Positions 54,358 to 63,803 of a DNA stretch of 64,000 bases are shown piece after piece. The stretch is from a virus. Its lineage: Duplodnaviria; Caudoviricetes. Both the position numbers and the translations under genes were made by a program. The notes under the pieces are model-generated. The model was given only the letters and a program-made list of their open reading frames with translations. It was not told the DNA's origin and did not search any database. The stretch lies in IMG/VR virus record IMGVR_UViG_3300036971_000130; one strand, 5' to 3'. Each line of letters opens with the position of its first letter. Within the stretch, counting starts at the first letter, position 1.

Positions 54358-54876
54358 TCAGTGGTCAAGCCAATCGGGAACCATCTCACTCGGCCCCCAA
54401 CCGATGAAGGAAGGCTCGTTCTGAACGTCCCACCATTCGAGAGCGTCGTACGGGGTGAAGACCCGGTCCGGCTCACCGACCTTGGATGGGAACGGAACCG
54501 GGTACGCCCGCATCCGACGCTTGTCTTCTTCGGTGAGAATGTCCTCGTGACGAAGCATCATCTCGCATCGAGCAAGCATCCGGGCTTCCTCGGAGATGAT
54601 GTTGTCCGGACCACCGAGGCGTGCGGTGACCACGTCGATCACGTCGTCGGGAACATCGACCGTGGTCCAGAACCCGACGTATTCCTCCACCGACCGGAAG
54701 TGGGGAGGGTAGACGAAACTCCCCTTCTCGACCGGCATCCGGAGGTTGTCCATCGGCTCGTGGTAGTTGGCGGTGAACTGACCGCCCTGGGGTGTTCCTG
54801 CCGCCAGACGGGCACGTCGAGCGCCAGGGGTCGTCGCCTCCCGGACGAACCGGGCAAACTTCTGTCCAAAGTTCAC
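54358..54876 (-). CDS. hypothetical protein with N-terminal GGQF tag
   Basis: ARLAAGTPQGGQFTANYHEP. Confidence 0.75.
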   Translation of the reverse strand: MNFGQKFARFVREATTPGARRARLAAGTPQGGQFTANYHEPMDNLRMPVEKGSFVYPPHFRSVEEYVGFWTTVDVPDDVIDVVTARLGGPDNIISEEARMLARCEMMLRHEDILTEEDKRRMRAYPVPFPSKVGEPDRVFTPYDALEWWDVQNEPSFIGWGPSEMVPDWLDH

Positions 54877-55982
54877 CAGTCGACTCCATCCAGGTCGTTC
54901 ACGATCTCATCGGGGCGGTAGCGCACACCTTCACGTCCGACGCTGAAGGGGTCGATACCGGTGGTGTCGGACTCCATCGCCTCCATGACCACATGGGTGA
55001 TCGTGGTGCTGATTTCTTCCAGGCGTTCGACGATCGCCTGGACAGGTCCGTATAGGAGTTCCTCCATCGTCACCGAGTCCGAGAAGTTCTCCCCGATCTC
55101 GGAACCGACCATCCGCCACCACTCGGCTTCGGCGTCCATCCCGCTGTAGGAGATGGCTCCGAGGTCGGCCAGGGTGCGAGTTCCGTTGATGGCTCGCATC
55201 CGGTCGATCGGCACGAGTTCCTCGTCTTCCTCGGCCATCTTGATGATGACCGAATCGGACGTGTCGGACTCAGGAACACCGTCGGTGATGCCGAGAGCGA
55301 GACCCTCAGCGATGTCACGGAGCGCCTCAGTGTGGACCGCCCAGGTCATCTGGTAGACGAGGCCGATCCACCCTTCCGCTTCGATCATCCCCTGGTCGGG
55401 GTTGTCGGAGTTCGAGTCGATGGCGACACCGAGGTCGATGGCGTCGAGAACCTCATCGGGTTCACCGTCGAGCCACCGGGCGACACGCTCCATGTCTTCG
55501 GCGTTCGTGATGTCGAGGCCAGCCCCAGCCAGCACGTTGTACCACTCGCCGGTCTCGACGTTGTAGAAGCCGGTCGACATCATCTCACCAGCGACACGAA
55601 CAGCCCACAGGTCGTCCGATTCGAGGGTGTAGGTCGTCTCGATCTCCTGAGCGGTGAAGGTCATCATCTCGTCGACCTCGACCTCCACCTCGTAGCGGTG
55701 GGCGAGCTTCGGCGGAAGCCACATGAGCGGGTGCGCCATCATCCGAGGGTCGATCCCGGCCCAGCGACGACGGGAACCGCCGAACGCACCCTCCGCCGGG
55801 TAAGCGGGAGGGTAGAGCGGAATCGGAGTCGAGATCAGCGGGGTCGAAACCAGGTCGGACGGGTCCATGAGGGAGACTTCCGTCCAACGGTAGAACCGGT
55901 TGACGACCTCCAACGGATCGGCGCTGACGAACAGGGTCTCACCAGGCTCGTGGAACCAGCGAATCCATGGACTTGCGGTCAT
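54873..55982 (-). CDS. acidic hypothetical protein
   Basis: long ORF with SD, downstream of motif copy 2. Confidence 0.8.
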   Translation of the reverse strand: MTASPWIRWFHEPGETLFVSADPLEVVNRFYRWTEVSLMDPSDLVSTPLISTPIPLYPPAYPAEGAFGGSRRRWAGIDPRMMAHPLMWLPPKLAHRYEVEVEVDEMMTFTAQEIETTYTLESDDLWAVRVAGEMMSTGFYNVETGEWYNVLAGAGLDITNAEDMERVARWLDGEPDEVLDAIDLGVAIDSNSDNPDQGMIEAEGWIGLVYQMTWAVHTEALRDIAEGLALGITDGVPESDTSDSVIIKMAEEDEELVPIDRMRAINGTRTLADLGAISYSGMDAEAEWWRMVGSEIGENFSDSVTMEELLYGPVQAIVERLEEISTTITHVVMEAMESDTTGIDPFSVGREGVRYRPDEIVNDLDGVDW

Positions 55983-56011
55983 ACCTCGCTCCTTCTTGTA
56001 GTCGGGTGGCT

Positions 56012-56049
56012 GCTACCTTGAAACTGTGACTTCGATGGACCCTCCATGG
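56012..56049 (-). promoter_or_regulatory. CCATGG-N10-GAAGTCACA motif, copy 2
   Basis: reverse complement: ccatgg agggtccatc gaagtcaca gtttcaag gtagca. Confidence 0.7.
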
Positions 56050-56066
56050 TCGGAAAGTCCGTTTGG

Positions 56067-56702
56067 CTACTCGAACCCGACGCTTCCGACAGCGAAGTCG
56101 GAGACGGAGAAGGTCCCGTTGGCCTCGGACAGCCGCACCCAGGTGGGCGTGAGCGTGTCTTCGTTGGTCAGCTTCCCGTCCTTGTTGTAGCTGTAGGTGC
56201 CACAGGAGACCCGCCAGGTGCCGGGCTTCGTCTCCGCTGCGACGAGGAACCTGGAATCGGTCCGCCCCTCATCTGGGGTGACTCGCAGAGCGGAGAGCTT
56301 GGTGACCGCCTCGGGGGTCATCAGCGACGAGAGGCGTGCGGTGAAGGCCGTCGAGTTCTCGTTGGAGACCGAGGCAGCGTAGGCACAAGCCCAGCGGGTT
56401 GCGACCGCTTCAGCGTTCGACCGATCGACGTTCGAGAGGTCGAGATCCGACGGCGTCCACACGTCTTCGGTCTCGTCGTGCTCACCGCCGTTCTCGTTTT
56501 CCTCGGACTCGTAGTCGATGACAACGTCATCGACCTTCGTTGGCGACGTGACCTCGTTGTCGATCGTCGTCGTCGGTTTGGCCGACTTCTGGCTCACGAT
56601 CGCTTCTTCGGCGTTGCGAGACTGGCGGTTCAGGAACACGAACCCGAGGATTACGAGGATGGCGACGCAGAACATCATCATCCGGCGATCGTTCAGTGAC
56701 AT
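56067..56702 (-). CDS. bitopic membrane protein, possible VirB8/TcpC-like
   Basis: N-terminal TM; NTF2-like pattern; position in the transfer operon. Confidence 0.6.
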   Translation of the reverse strand: MSLNDRRMMMFCVAILVILGFVFLNRQSRNAEEAIVSQKSAKPTTTIDNEVTSPTKVDDVVIDYESEENENGGEHDETEDVWTPSDLDLSNVDRSNAEAVATRWACAYAASVSNENSTAFTARLSSLMTPEAVTKLSALRVTPDEGRTDSRFLVAAETKPGTWRVSCGTYSYNKDGKLTNEDTLTPTWVRLSEANGTFSVSDFAVGSVGFE

Positions 56703-56703
56703 G

Positions 56704-59700
56704 TCAGCTTCCTGTCGTTGACCAGTGCCAAGACTCGCTCGGCAGGTTCTTCAGTCCGTACTTGGCTGCGTTCTGAGCCAGCCACTTGTAGCAGGCGGTT
56801 GCCCGAGTCGAGCAGTTCGCCCAGTCGATCGCAAGACCCTTCTGGTGCTGGGACTGTCCCGGCTTGGCAGTCGGGGGACGGCACGAACCGGACGGCATCT
56901 CGTAGATGGCGTACTGGGACGTACCGCAGTGCTTCTTGCGGAGTTCGATCTGGAGGGTGACGGACCGGTAGGAGTTACCGACAGCCATCGGCACACCGTC
57001 AGCGGCAGCGTCAGCGATCAACTGGTTGATGATCGGCACCATCTGGCAGTTCGTCTCTGCGTTGCCGATCGGGCAGACAGCGACCGGAGCACCAGAGTCG
57101 ATGTTCACGATCATCCCGTCGCCTCCACCGCTCACCGAGCAGTCGGTCGCCGGAGTGGCGGGGAGCCCGGTTGCGAGCCCCTTCAGGAACTCGGCATACA
57201 CCTTGTAGCCCTCAACGGTGTAGTGGATGCCGTCATCGGCCCGCTTGCCCTCCATCGAGGTCTTCGCAGCGGCGTCCCAGTCGGCCACCTTCAGGTTCGG
57301 GTAGGTGCTCGTCGCTTCGGTCAGGGCGGCGTTGACCCCGTCCTTGGCGGCACCGAGCTTCGTGGAGCCGGTGTCGACGTTCACCCACTGGACCTGCTTG
57401 GTCGTGCCGACCATGTCCATGACCGACTTGATCTTGGCGGCGAAGTCTTCCTTCGTGCTCGTGTAGTCGTTCGTGCCGAGAGCGATGATGATGGCGTCGG
57501 AGTTCGGAGCTTCCTTCGTCACGATCTCCGGGGCCTCCGAAGTCGGACGACCGACCTTGGCGTCGACCGTCCACTCGCTCGGCAGCCCGGCGGTCTTCGC
57601 TCCATCGGTGAGAGAGTCACCGATGAGAAGGACTCGGGCGGGAGTTGCAGGGGTGCCTGCGACCGTCGTGGTCGTGGCCTCACCGCCAGTCGTCGTTGCA
57701 CCGGCGGCAGTCGTGGTGGTAGCTCCTGCGGCCGTCGTCGTGGTAGCCCCGGACCCGGACGTGTCACTCGGAGTGCCGTTCGGGAGAGGACTGCTGTCGG
57801 AGTCGATGATGGGGAACCAGCCGACAGGGGTCGACTGGGTCACGCCGTAGGTGGCGTTGCTCTCCTTGATGGTGGCGAGGATCGCCGCAGCATCCGGGAT
57901 GGCCTCGGCGTACTTCCCAGGGTAGGCGGAGACCTGAACGTCCTGAGCGGCAACACCCGGCTCCATCGCCTCCCAACCAGCGTGATCGAGAAGACCAGGA
58001 GGGTTGCCCTTGTTCGGTCCGGTCGGACCACCGTAGAACGCCCTCGACGAGTAGATGGCGTCACCGACCTGCTCCTTGGTGCCCCATCCAGATGCGGGAC
58101 GCTGCTGGAACAGACCAACCGAGTCGTGGTCGACAGCGACCTGACCGTTCAGGAGGTTGAGTTCGACGATGGCCGTCGCCAGAGCGATGATCTGTCCACG
58201 CTCGGGGACACCCATCGACTTGCCGACATCGACGATAAGGACGGCGTTCGCCCAACGCTGCTGGGTCAGCGGGATGTTGTGCCCCTTGTAGGCGAGGATG
58301 TCACCGATCTTCAGCGGACCGCTCGTGGGAAGCGGGATGCCGGAGACACCGCTCTGCGAACCCGAACCACACGCTGGGGTCTGGTTCATCCATGCGAGCG
58401 CCGTGTTGTAGATGGTTCCGGCAACGATGTCGGAGTTCTGTCCGTCCGAGAGGCCCTTCAGTGGGAGAGCCTTGATGACGGCGAGCCAGCCCTCCTTCTC
58501 CATCTCGAAGGAACCATCGGGGCCGAACTTCTGCTCGACCTTGATGGCGTTGATCTGGCGTGCGACGTAGACCGTCGAGTCGTACGGCTTCTGGACATCG
58601 ACCTCAGCCTTGTCGCTGATCGCCTTCTGTTCCTCGACGTATGTGTTCCAAGCTTCTTCTTCGACCAGCATCATCCCGTACCACGGACCACCCTGGACCT
58701 TGATGTCCTGCTGGGTGGTGGTGGTCACCGGAGCGGTCGTCGTGGTTGCGACCGTCGTGGTCGTGTCACCTCGAACCGTGATCGGAGTTTCCGTCGTCGA
58801 CGTTGCACCTTCAGCGGTGGTGGTCGTCGTCATCGACTCCGAAGCGACGTTGGTCGGGGCCATGTTCGAGATCGGCGTGTCATCCACGATCGGCGGGTCG
58901 GTGATCGGGAAGACATCGCCGTCGTGGGGGACTTCGGTGGTCGTGGTTGCGCCTTCGGGCTCGACGAACTCCACGGTCGTTGCCGTGGCGAGAGGGTGAT
59001 CCTTCTCGTAGTCGTCGGGGTTGTAGTCGTTGGCGTAGTCCTCCATCATCTTGCCGTCGGCGTCGTACGGCCAGATGCGGACCTTGCCGTCTGGGGCAGC
59101 CATTCCGTGGTTGGTCTCGTACCGTCCGATGGCGGCGAGGATCTGCCACTGGACATCGTTGTCGTTGCCGATCTGCTGGTACATCATCAGAGCGGAACCG
59201 GGCGTTCCATCACGCATGGCGTACTGTCCGGAAGCAACGTCGTTCTGCGACATCGACATCGACATGCCGCTCACGCTGATCAGGACCATGACCAGCAGGA
59301 GCCCGACCATGAGTAGCGGAGACAGGAGAGCGAGAGCGGGCTTGATGAACTCCTTCAGGCCCTTCTTCGCCGCACCTCCGATGCCGTCCTTCTTCATCGA
59401 CTTGGCGAACTTCTTGCCGCCCTTGATGCCGGAGGCAACCAGGCGAGCGGGCGGTGGGGCAGCCTTCGAAACGGCGTCGAGGCCCTTGTCTGCGGCAGCT
59501 TCAGCGCCACCCTTCTTCGCTGCACCGGCAGCGGCACCGGCTGCACCTGCGGCAGCGGCCTTGCCTCCCGACTTCCCGCCCTTCTTGTCCTTGCCTGAGC
59601 GGTCGGGCGTCTCAACGCCCTTCTTGTCGTCCTTCTTGTCCTTGCCGATGCTGGTGAGCGCACTCGTGCCCTTGGCTGAGTCCTTCTTGTCGTCGGAGGA

Positions 59701-60102
59701 CTCGCCGGACTTCTTCCCCTTCTTCCCGCTGCCGGTGGCGGAGACCTCGGCCTCCCCTCCACCTTCGGCTCCGGTCTCGTTGCCGTGCTCAGGAGGGTTC
59801 TCGTCGCTGTGGTCACCACTGTCGCTGTCGTCGTCGGCTTCGACACCACGAAGTGCGGCGCTCTTGCGCTCACGTTCCTTGGCCGTCATCGTGCGACCAC
59901 GACCGGACTTCGACCAGTCACGGGACGGACCACGACGGGGGACAGCCGGGGTTTCCGGTTCGGGAGTTGGCTCCGGGGTCTGATCCTCGGAGGTCTTCTC
60001 CGGTGTCCGGTCCTCGGGCTTCTCGACAGGATCGCCCGAAGGCTGAGGACGATCCTGGTCCTCAGCCTTCTGGTCTTCTGGCTTCTCGTTCATCTCACTC
60101 AT
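56704..60102 (-). CDS. conjugation-associated multidomain cell-wall hydrolase (2 lysozyme-like + SGNH + M15 peptidase)
   Basis: WQILAAIGRYETNHG; ALATAIVE..DSVGLFQQR; IGDSL..GTND..DGIHY; SYRS..PGQSQHQKGLAID..ESWHW; start 60102 by ATGA coupling. Confidence 0.85.
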   Translation of the reverse strand: MSEMNEKPEDQKAEDQDRPQPSGDPVEKPEDRTPEKTSEDQTPEPTPEPETPAVPRRGPSRDWSKSGRGRTMTAKERERKSAALRGVEADDDSDSGDHSDENPPEHGNETGAEGGGEAEVSATGSGKKGKKSGESSDDKKDSAKGTSALTSIGKDKKDDKKGVETPDRSGKDKKGGKSGGKAAAAGAAGAAAGAAKKGGAEAAADKGLDAVSKAAPPPARLVASGIKGGKKFAKSMKKDGIGGAAKKGLKEFIKPALALLSPLLMVGLLLVMVLISVSGMSMSMSQNDVASGQYAMRDGTPGSALMMYQQIGNDNDVQWQILAAIGRYETNHGMAAPDGKVRIWPYDADGKMMEDYANDYNPDDYEKDHPLATATTVEFVEPEGATTTTEVPHDGDVFPITDPPIVDDTPISNMAPTNVASESMTTTTTAEGATSTTETPITVRGDTTTTVATTTTAPVTTTTQQDIKVQGGPWYGMMLVEEEAWNTYVEEQKAISDKAEVDVQKPYDSTVYVARQINAIKVEQKFGPDGSFEMEKEGWLAVIKALPLKGLSDGQNSDIVAGTIYNTALAWMNQTPACGSGSQSGVSGIPLPTSGPLKIGDILAYKGHNIPLTQQRWANAVLIVDVGKSMGVPERGQIIALATAIVELNLLNGQVAVDHDSVGLFQQRPASGWGTKEQVGDAIYSSRAFYGGPTGPNKGNPPGLLDHAGWEAMEPGVAAQDVQVSAYPGKYAEAIPDAAAILATIKESNATYGVTQSTPVGWFPIIDSDSSPLPNGTPSDTSGSGATTTTAAGATTTTAAGATTTGGEATTTTVAGTPATPARVLLIGDSLTDGAKTAGLPSEWTVDAKVGRPTSEAPEIVTKEAPNSDAIIIALGTNDYTSTKEDFAAKIKSVMDMVGTTKQVQWVNVDTGSTKLGAAKDGVNAALTEATSTYPNLKVADWDAAAKTSMEGKRADDGIHYTVEGYKVYAEFLKGLATGLPATPATDCSVSGGGDGMIVNIDSGAPVAVCPIGNAETNCQMVPIINQLIADAAADGVPMAVGNSYRSVTLQIELRKKHCGTSQYAIYEMPSGSCRPPTAKPGQSQHQKGLAIDWANCSTRATACYKWLAQNAAKYGLKNLPSESWHWSTTGS

Positions 60103-62909
60103 GGCGTGGTACCTCCACCGGAACCGCCCCCGCCGGAACCTCCGGAACCACCAGTGCCGCCAGAGCCGCCGCCACCAGCGGGACGGCCACCGCCACCATG
60201 ACGACCGCCACCACCGTGATGACGGCCACCACCGTGATGACGGCGACCGTTCGAGCCAGCACCGCCGCCACCACCAGCCGGGCGAGGACGGTGATGCGGT
60301 CGAGGCGTGCCACCACCGCCGCCAGCGGGGTTGTTGCCGGGGTTGTTGTTGTTCCCATGGTTCCGAGCGTAGCTGTCCACGGCAGTGCGCTGGTGATCCA
60401 TGAAGTACCTGGACGTGGTCCTCTGGTCGCCATCGGGGTTCCGACGACGTTCCATCATGTTGCGTCGAGCACGGTTCAGGGACCGAGCACCGGCAGCCGC
60501 AGCCACCGGAACAGCGATCGGAGCAGCGAACGCCGAAGCGCCGAACGCAAGGCCAGCACCAGCGAGGATGGCACCTCGGGTAGCCATGCGCTTCATGCCG
60601 CCGCCCTTCTTCCAGTTCGACAGGCCGTTCTTCGCTGCGCCACCGAGAGCGCCGAGGCCGTACTTGGCACCAGCCCAAGCCTGACCGATGCCAGGTGCGC
60701 TCCGGACCTTGTTATAGAACCCGGACATGAACTTCGTGTTCGAAAGCTGACCCGCACGATGCGTCGAGAACGGAGCCCGGAGGTTCGCCAGAGCGCCGTG
60801 CTTCTGACGAGCAGGCTTCGCAGCCGCAGCACCAGCAGCAGCAGCACCAGCGGCAGCACCGGCAGCGGCGGATGCACCAGCGGCCTTCCGCTTGTTCCTG
60901 ACCGCAGTGTTCTTGCCGTAGGAACGACGATCGAGACGACGATCGACGGCCCGACGGGCGGAACTCGTACCACGACGAGCGAGACGATCGACACCGGCGA
61001 CGGTGGCTCCGCCAGCAGCACCAGCCAGAGCACCGTAAGCCATGGCCGACGACGGCGAGAACGGCGACGGCATGCCCATGGCATCCTTCATAATCTTCTG
61101 AAGGATGATGATGGCGGTGATCGGAGCGAAGCCCATCCACAGGAGTTGCAGGAAGGAGCCAGGCCCGAAGGACTCAATGCCGATCTGGTTCAGGAACCCG
61201 GTCACGATCGTGACGAGGCCGAGGATCAGCATGAGGCCAGACGAGTAGATCGTCATGCCGAGCAGGAACTTCACGAACTTGGCAAGCTTCGAGTCCCCGC
61301 CCCCGGACCCGAACAAGGCGAAGACGAGCATCGGGAAGATCATCACGATCATCACGACCGAGACCGTCTTGGCGATGATGACACCACCAGCGATGAGACC
61401 GAAGACGATCATAATGAACAGGGCCGAGATCACGTAGATGAAGGCGACCGCCATCGAGTTGGCGTAGGCGTCACCGTGCCAGGTCATCAGGAAGTCACGG
61501 GCGCTCGACGATTCCTTGGTGTTGTCGTTGATGTAGCCGGACGAGTCGGTCCACTCGAATCGGGTGTCCTCGGCGTTCCAGTCGTCCCAGACGCTCTCGC
61601 AGGATTCGGCCCACGAAGTTCCGTCCTCGCCTCGGGTGACCTCGGGCCAGGAATCCTTGCCTCCACCTTCGGCGGACTCGTCCGAGGTCGGCTCACCCTT
61701 GACGTTCACGGTCGTGAAGTTGCCCTTGGAGTCGAGAGCACAGCTAGCCCACCAGATGCCAGCCTGGTCCCTCGTCTTGTTGTTGCCGCCGGTGAACAGT
61801 TCCGTCGACGGGATCTGAGACTCGAACTTGTTGAACACCATCGTCGAAGCAGCGATGCGGTCACGCTCACGGGTGGCGTCGAAGCCTGCACCCTTCGCCT
61901 TGTTCTTGTAGCCAGCGATGTACTTGGCGTCGACCAGCTTGTACCCGGCGTTGCGATCGAGCAGGCGGCAGTAGACACGCTCGCCGTAGTTGTTCTTGGT
62001 GCCGAACTGGACCCGGATGTAGGAGGACAGGCCAGACTGCTCCCACATCGACGAGATGACGAGAGGCAGCGAGGCAGCGTCCGGGTTGCGGACGTTGTTG
62101 GTGTAGCGGGCACGCAGGTTCGCCACGTACATCCGGCACGAGAGCGGATCGTTGGCAGAACTGTTCCCGGAGGTTCCGTAGGCACCCGGACCAGGCATCT
62201 GGTTCACCAAGGCGTTCGTCGGCATCGACGCCACCGAGGTGACGATGTTCTCCGTCTTCTGGGCGAACCAGGCGGGCGAACCACCTGCCACCTTGTTCGT
62301 CTGGTTCGTCTGGATGGCACCGTTCATCAGGACGATGAAGACGGTCAGCGTCATCACGGTCTGGACGAGCTTCTTCTTCGGGTTCTCGGCGGTCTTGTTC
62401 GCCTTCCAGAGAGCGCCGATGATGGCGCACGCAGCGGCGAAGGAGACGAGCCCGGAGTCCAGCATGGCGTTGCCGAGGGACGCCGACACCCGGTCGGCCG
62501 CACAGCCGCCGGAGTCGAGCAACGTGTAGTCGGAGGCGAACATGATGAAGCCACCGGCGACGGACCAGAACGTGTCACCCCAGGTCAGGGAGACCGACTG
62601 GATGAAGCTTCGGTTCAGCTTCTTGTCGATGTCGTCGGTGACGCCAGCGCCAAGACGGGAGTGAAGCTGGGACGTGGAGCCAGCCCAGCGGGTCAGCGGC
62701 AGGTACTTCTCGGCCTTGACCTTGCTGTCGGTCTCGTCGCTGAGAGTGGCGTCTTCCGCCTGGACATCGTCGAATCGACGGCATTCGCCGTTGGCCGACG
62801 CCTGGGCGGCAACGGCGTCAGGGGTCTGGGCATGGGCCGCACCGGAGAACGCCCCGAACAGCATCACGGCCGTGAACATCACGACCAGGATCTTGGAGAT
62901 GAGCTTCAC
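60099..62909 (-). CDS. polytopic membrane protein, VirB6/TrbL-like
   Basis: multiple TM segments, Gly/Ala/Arg-rich C-tail, operon context. Confidence 0.7.
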   Translation of the reverse strand: MKLISKILVVMFTAVMLFGAFSGAAHAQTPDAVAAQASANGECRRFDDVQAEDATLSDETDSKVKAEKYLPLTRWAGSTSQLHSRLGAGVTDDIDKKLNRSFIQSVSLTWGDTFWSVAGGFIMFASDYTLLDSGGCAADRVSASLGNAMLDSGLVSFAAACAIIGALWKANKTAENPKKKLVQTVMTLTVFIVLMNGAIQTNQTNKVAGGSPAWFAQKTENIVTSVASMPTNALVNQMPGPGAYGTSGNSSANDPLSCRMYVANLRARYTNNVRNPDAASLPLVISSMWEQSGLSSYIRVQFGTKNNYGERVYCRLLDRNAGYKLVDAKYIAGYKNKAKGAGFDATRERDRIAASTMVFNKFESQIPSTELFTGGNNKTRDQAGIWWASCALDSKGNFTTVNVKGEPTSDESAEGGGKDSWPEVTRGEDGTSWAESCESVWDDWNAEDTRFEWTDSSGYINDNTKESSSARDFLMTWHGDAYANSMAVAFIYVISALFIMIVFGLIAGGVIIAKTVSVVMIVMIFPMLVFALFGSGGGDSKLAKFVKFLLGMTIYSSGLMLILGLVTIVTGFLNQIGIESFGPGSFLQLLWMGFAPITAIIILQKIMKDAMGMPSPFSPSSAMAYGALAGAAGGATVAGVDRLARRGTSSARRAVDRRLDRRSYGKNTAVRNKRKAAGASAAAGAAAGAAAAGAAAAKPARQKHGALANLRAPFSTHRAGQLSNTKFMSGFYNKVRSAPGIGQAWAGAKYGLGALGGAAKNGLSNWKKGGGMKRMATRGAILAGAGLAFGASAFAAPIAVPVAAAAGARSLNRARRNMMERRRNPDGDQRTTSRYFMDHQRTAVDSYARNHGNNNNPGNNPAGGGGGTPRPHHRPRPAGGGGGAGSNGRRHHGGGRHHGGGGRHGGGGRPAGGGGSGGTGGSGGSGGGGSGGGTTP

Positions 62910-63322
62910 TGGCGGCTGCTCCGAACGTAGTAGGGGACGGTCCCGTTGACGGGGACCGACGACCGAGAGATGACGTAGTACCGGCAGAAGATCGGCTCGA
63001 CAGGCTGACCTGCGACGACCCAGGTTCCGACGTTCGACTTCTTCTTGGTCCTGATGTGATCCCAGAGAGGAAGCCGGAGACCTGACTGGACTCGGTAGTT
63101 GATGAAGAAGAAGAAGATCCCGATGACCAGCGGGATGCAGAGGATGGAGTTGATCCCGAAGAACGGGAAGGCCAACAGCGTGACGAACACACCAGGGAGG
63201 AACCCTGCGATGCAGATGATGAAGGTCTTCTGCTGGATCTCGAACCCAGAGATCGTGACACGACGAGACTCGTTGAGGTCTCGGGTCAGGTGGGTGAGGG
63301 TGAATACCTCGTAGTCGCTCAT
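62906..63322 (-). CDS. small 2-TM protein, VirB3/PrgI/TcpE-like
   Basis: two TM helices, between pilin-like and VirB6-like genes. Confidence 0.55.
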   Translation of the reverse strand: MSDYEVFTLTHLTRDLNESRRVTISGFEIQQKTFIICIAGFLPGVFVTLLAFPFFGINSILCIPLVIGIFFFFINYRVQSGLRLPLWDHIRTKKKSNVGTWVVAGQPVEPIFCRYYVISRSSVPVNGTVPYYVRSSRQ

Positions 63323-63342
63323 CTTTTCCTCCTGGTCAGACG

Positions 63343-63373
63343 AGAAGGGCGACACCCGGAGGTGTCGCCCTTC
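63343..63373. other. intra-operon hairpin after the pilin-like gene
   Basis: gaagggcgacacc-cgga-ggtgtcgcccttc. Confidence 0.6.
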
Positions 63374-63397
63374 GATGTGGTGGGCTGCGGACGACGC

Positions 63398-63736
63398 CTA
63401 CGAAGCGTTCTTCGAGATGATCTTGGCGAGGGCGTTGGCGAGAAGGTCGATGATCGTGAGGATGTTCGGGATGATCAGACCCGGAGCCGACAGGATCGCA
63501 CCGATGAGGATGGCGTAGCCGATGTTCGATCCGCTACCACCACCACCGCCGCCACCGCCGGACTTGCGCTTGTCCCACAGCATCTTGACGACAGCGAAGA
63601 CGACGATCAGCATGCCGACGACGTTCATCAGGGTGGTGATGCCACCCAACGTCCCCGAGATCGTCTCCCAGAAGTCCTTCCAGCCTCCTGCGAGGTTCAC
63701 GGTATCGCCGGTTGCTCCGAAGATGGTGCTCAACAT
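63398..63736 (-). CDS. pilin-like (VirB2/TrbC-like) small membrane protein
   Basis: 112 aa, two hydrophobic helices joined by a basic/Gly loop, first gene of the operon. Confidence 0.6.
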   Translation of the reverse strand: MLSTIFGATGDTVNLAGGWKDFWETISGTLGGITTLMNVVGMLIVVFAVVKMLWDKRKSGGGGGGGGSGSNIGYAILIGAILSAPGLIIPNILTIIDLLANALAKIISKNAS

Positions 63737-63755
63737 GTCTTGGCCCTCCTAGGCT

Positions 63756-63794
63756 GTCTACTGAGAAACTGTGACTTCCCCCATCACCCCATGG
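63756..63794 (-). promoter_or_regulatory. CCATGG-N10-GAAGTCACA motif, copy 3
   Basis: reverse complement: ccatgg ggtgatgggg gaagtcaca gtttctca gtagac. Confidence 0.7.
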
Positions 63795-63803
63795 TGAAAT
63801 AGG

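Noticed and set aside
60110-60350. GGGGRHH / Gly-rich tandem repeats as a separate element
   Set aside because: Low-complexity coding tail, common in VirB6/TrbL-like proteins.
60103-60678. N-terminal 192 aa of the 1324-aa ORF
   Set aside because: It overlaps the Gly-rich tail of the VirB6-like gene in another frame; ATGA coupling puts the start at 60102.
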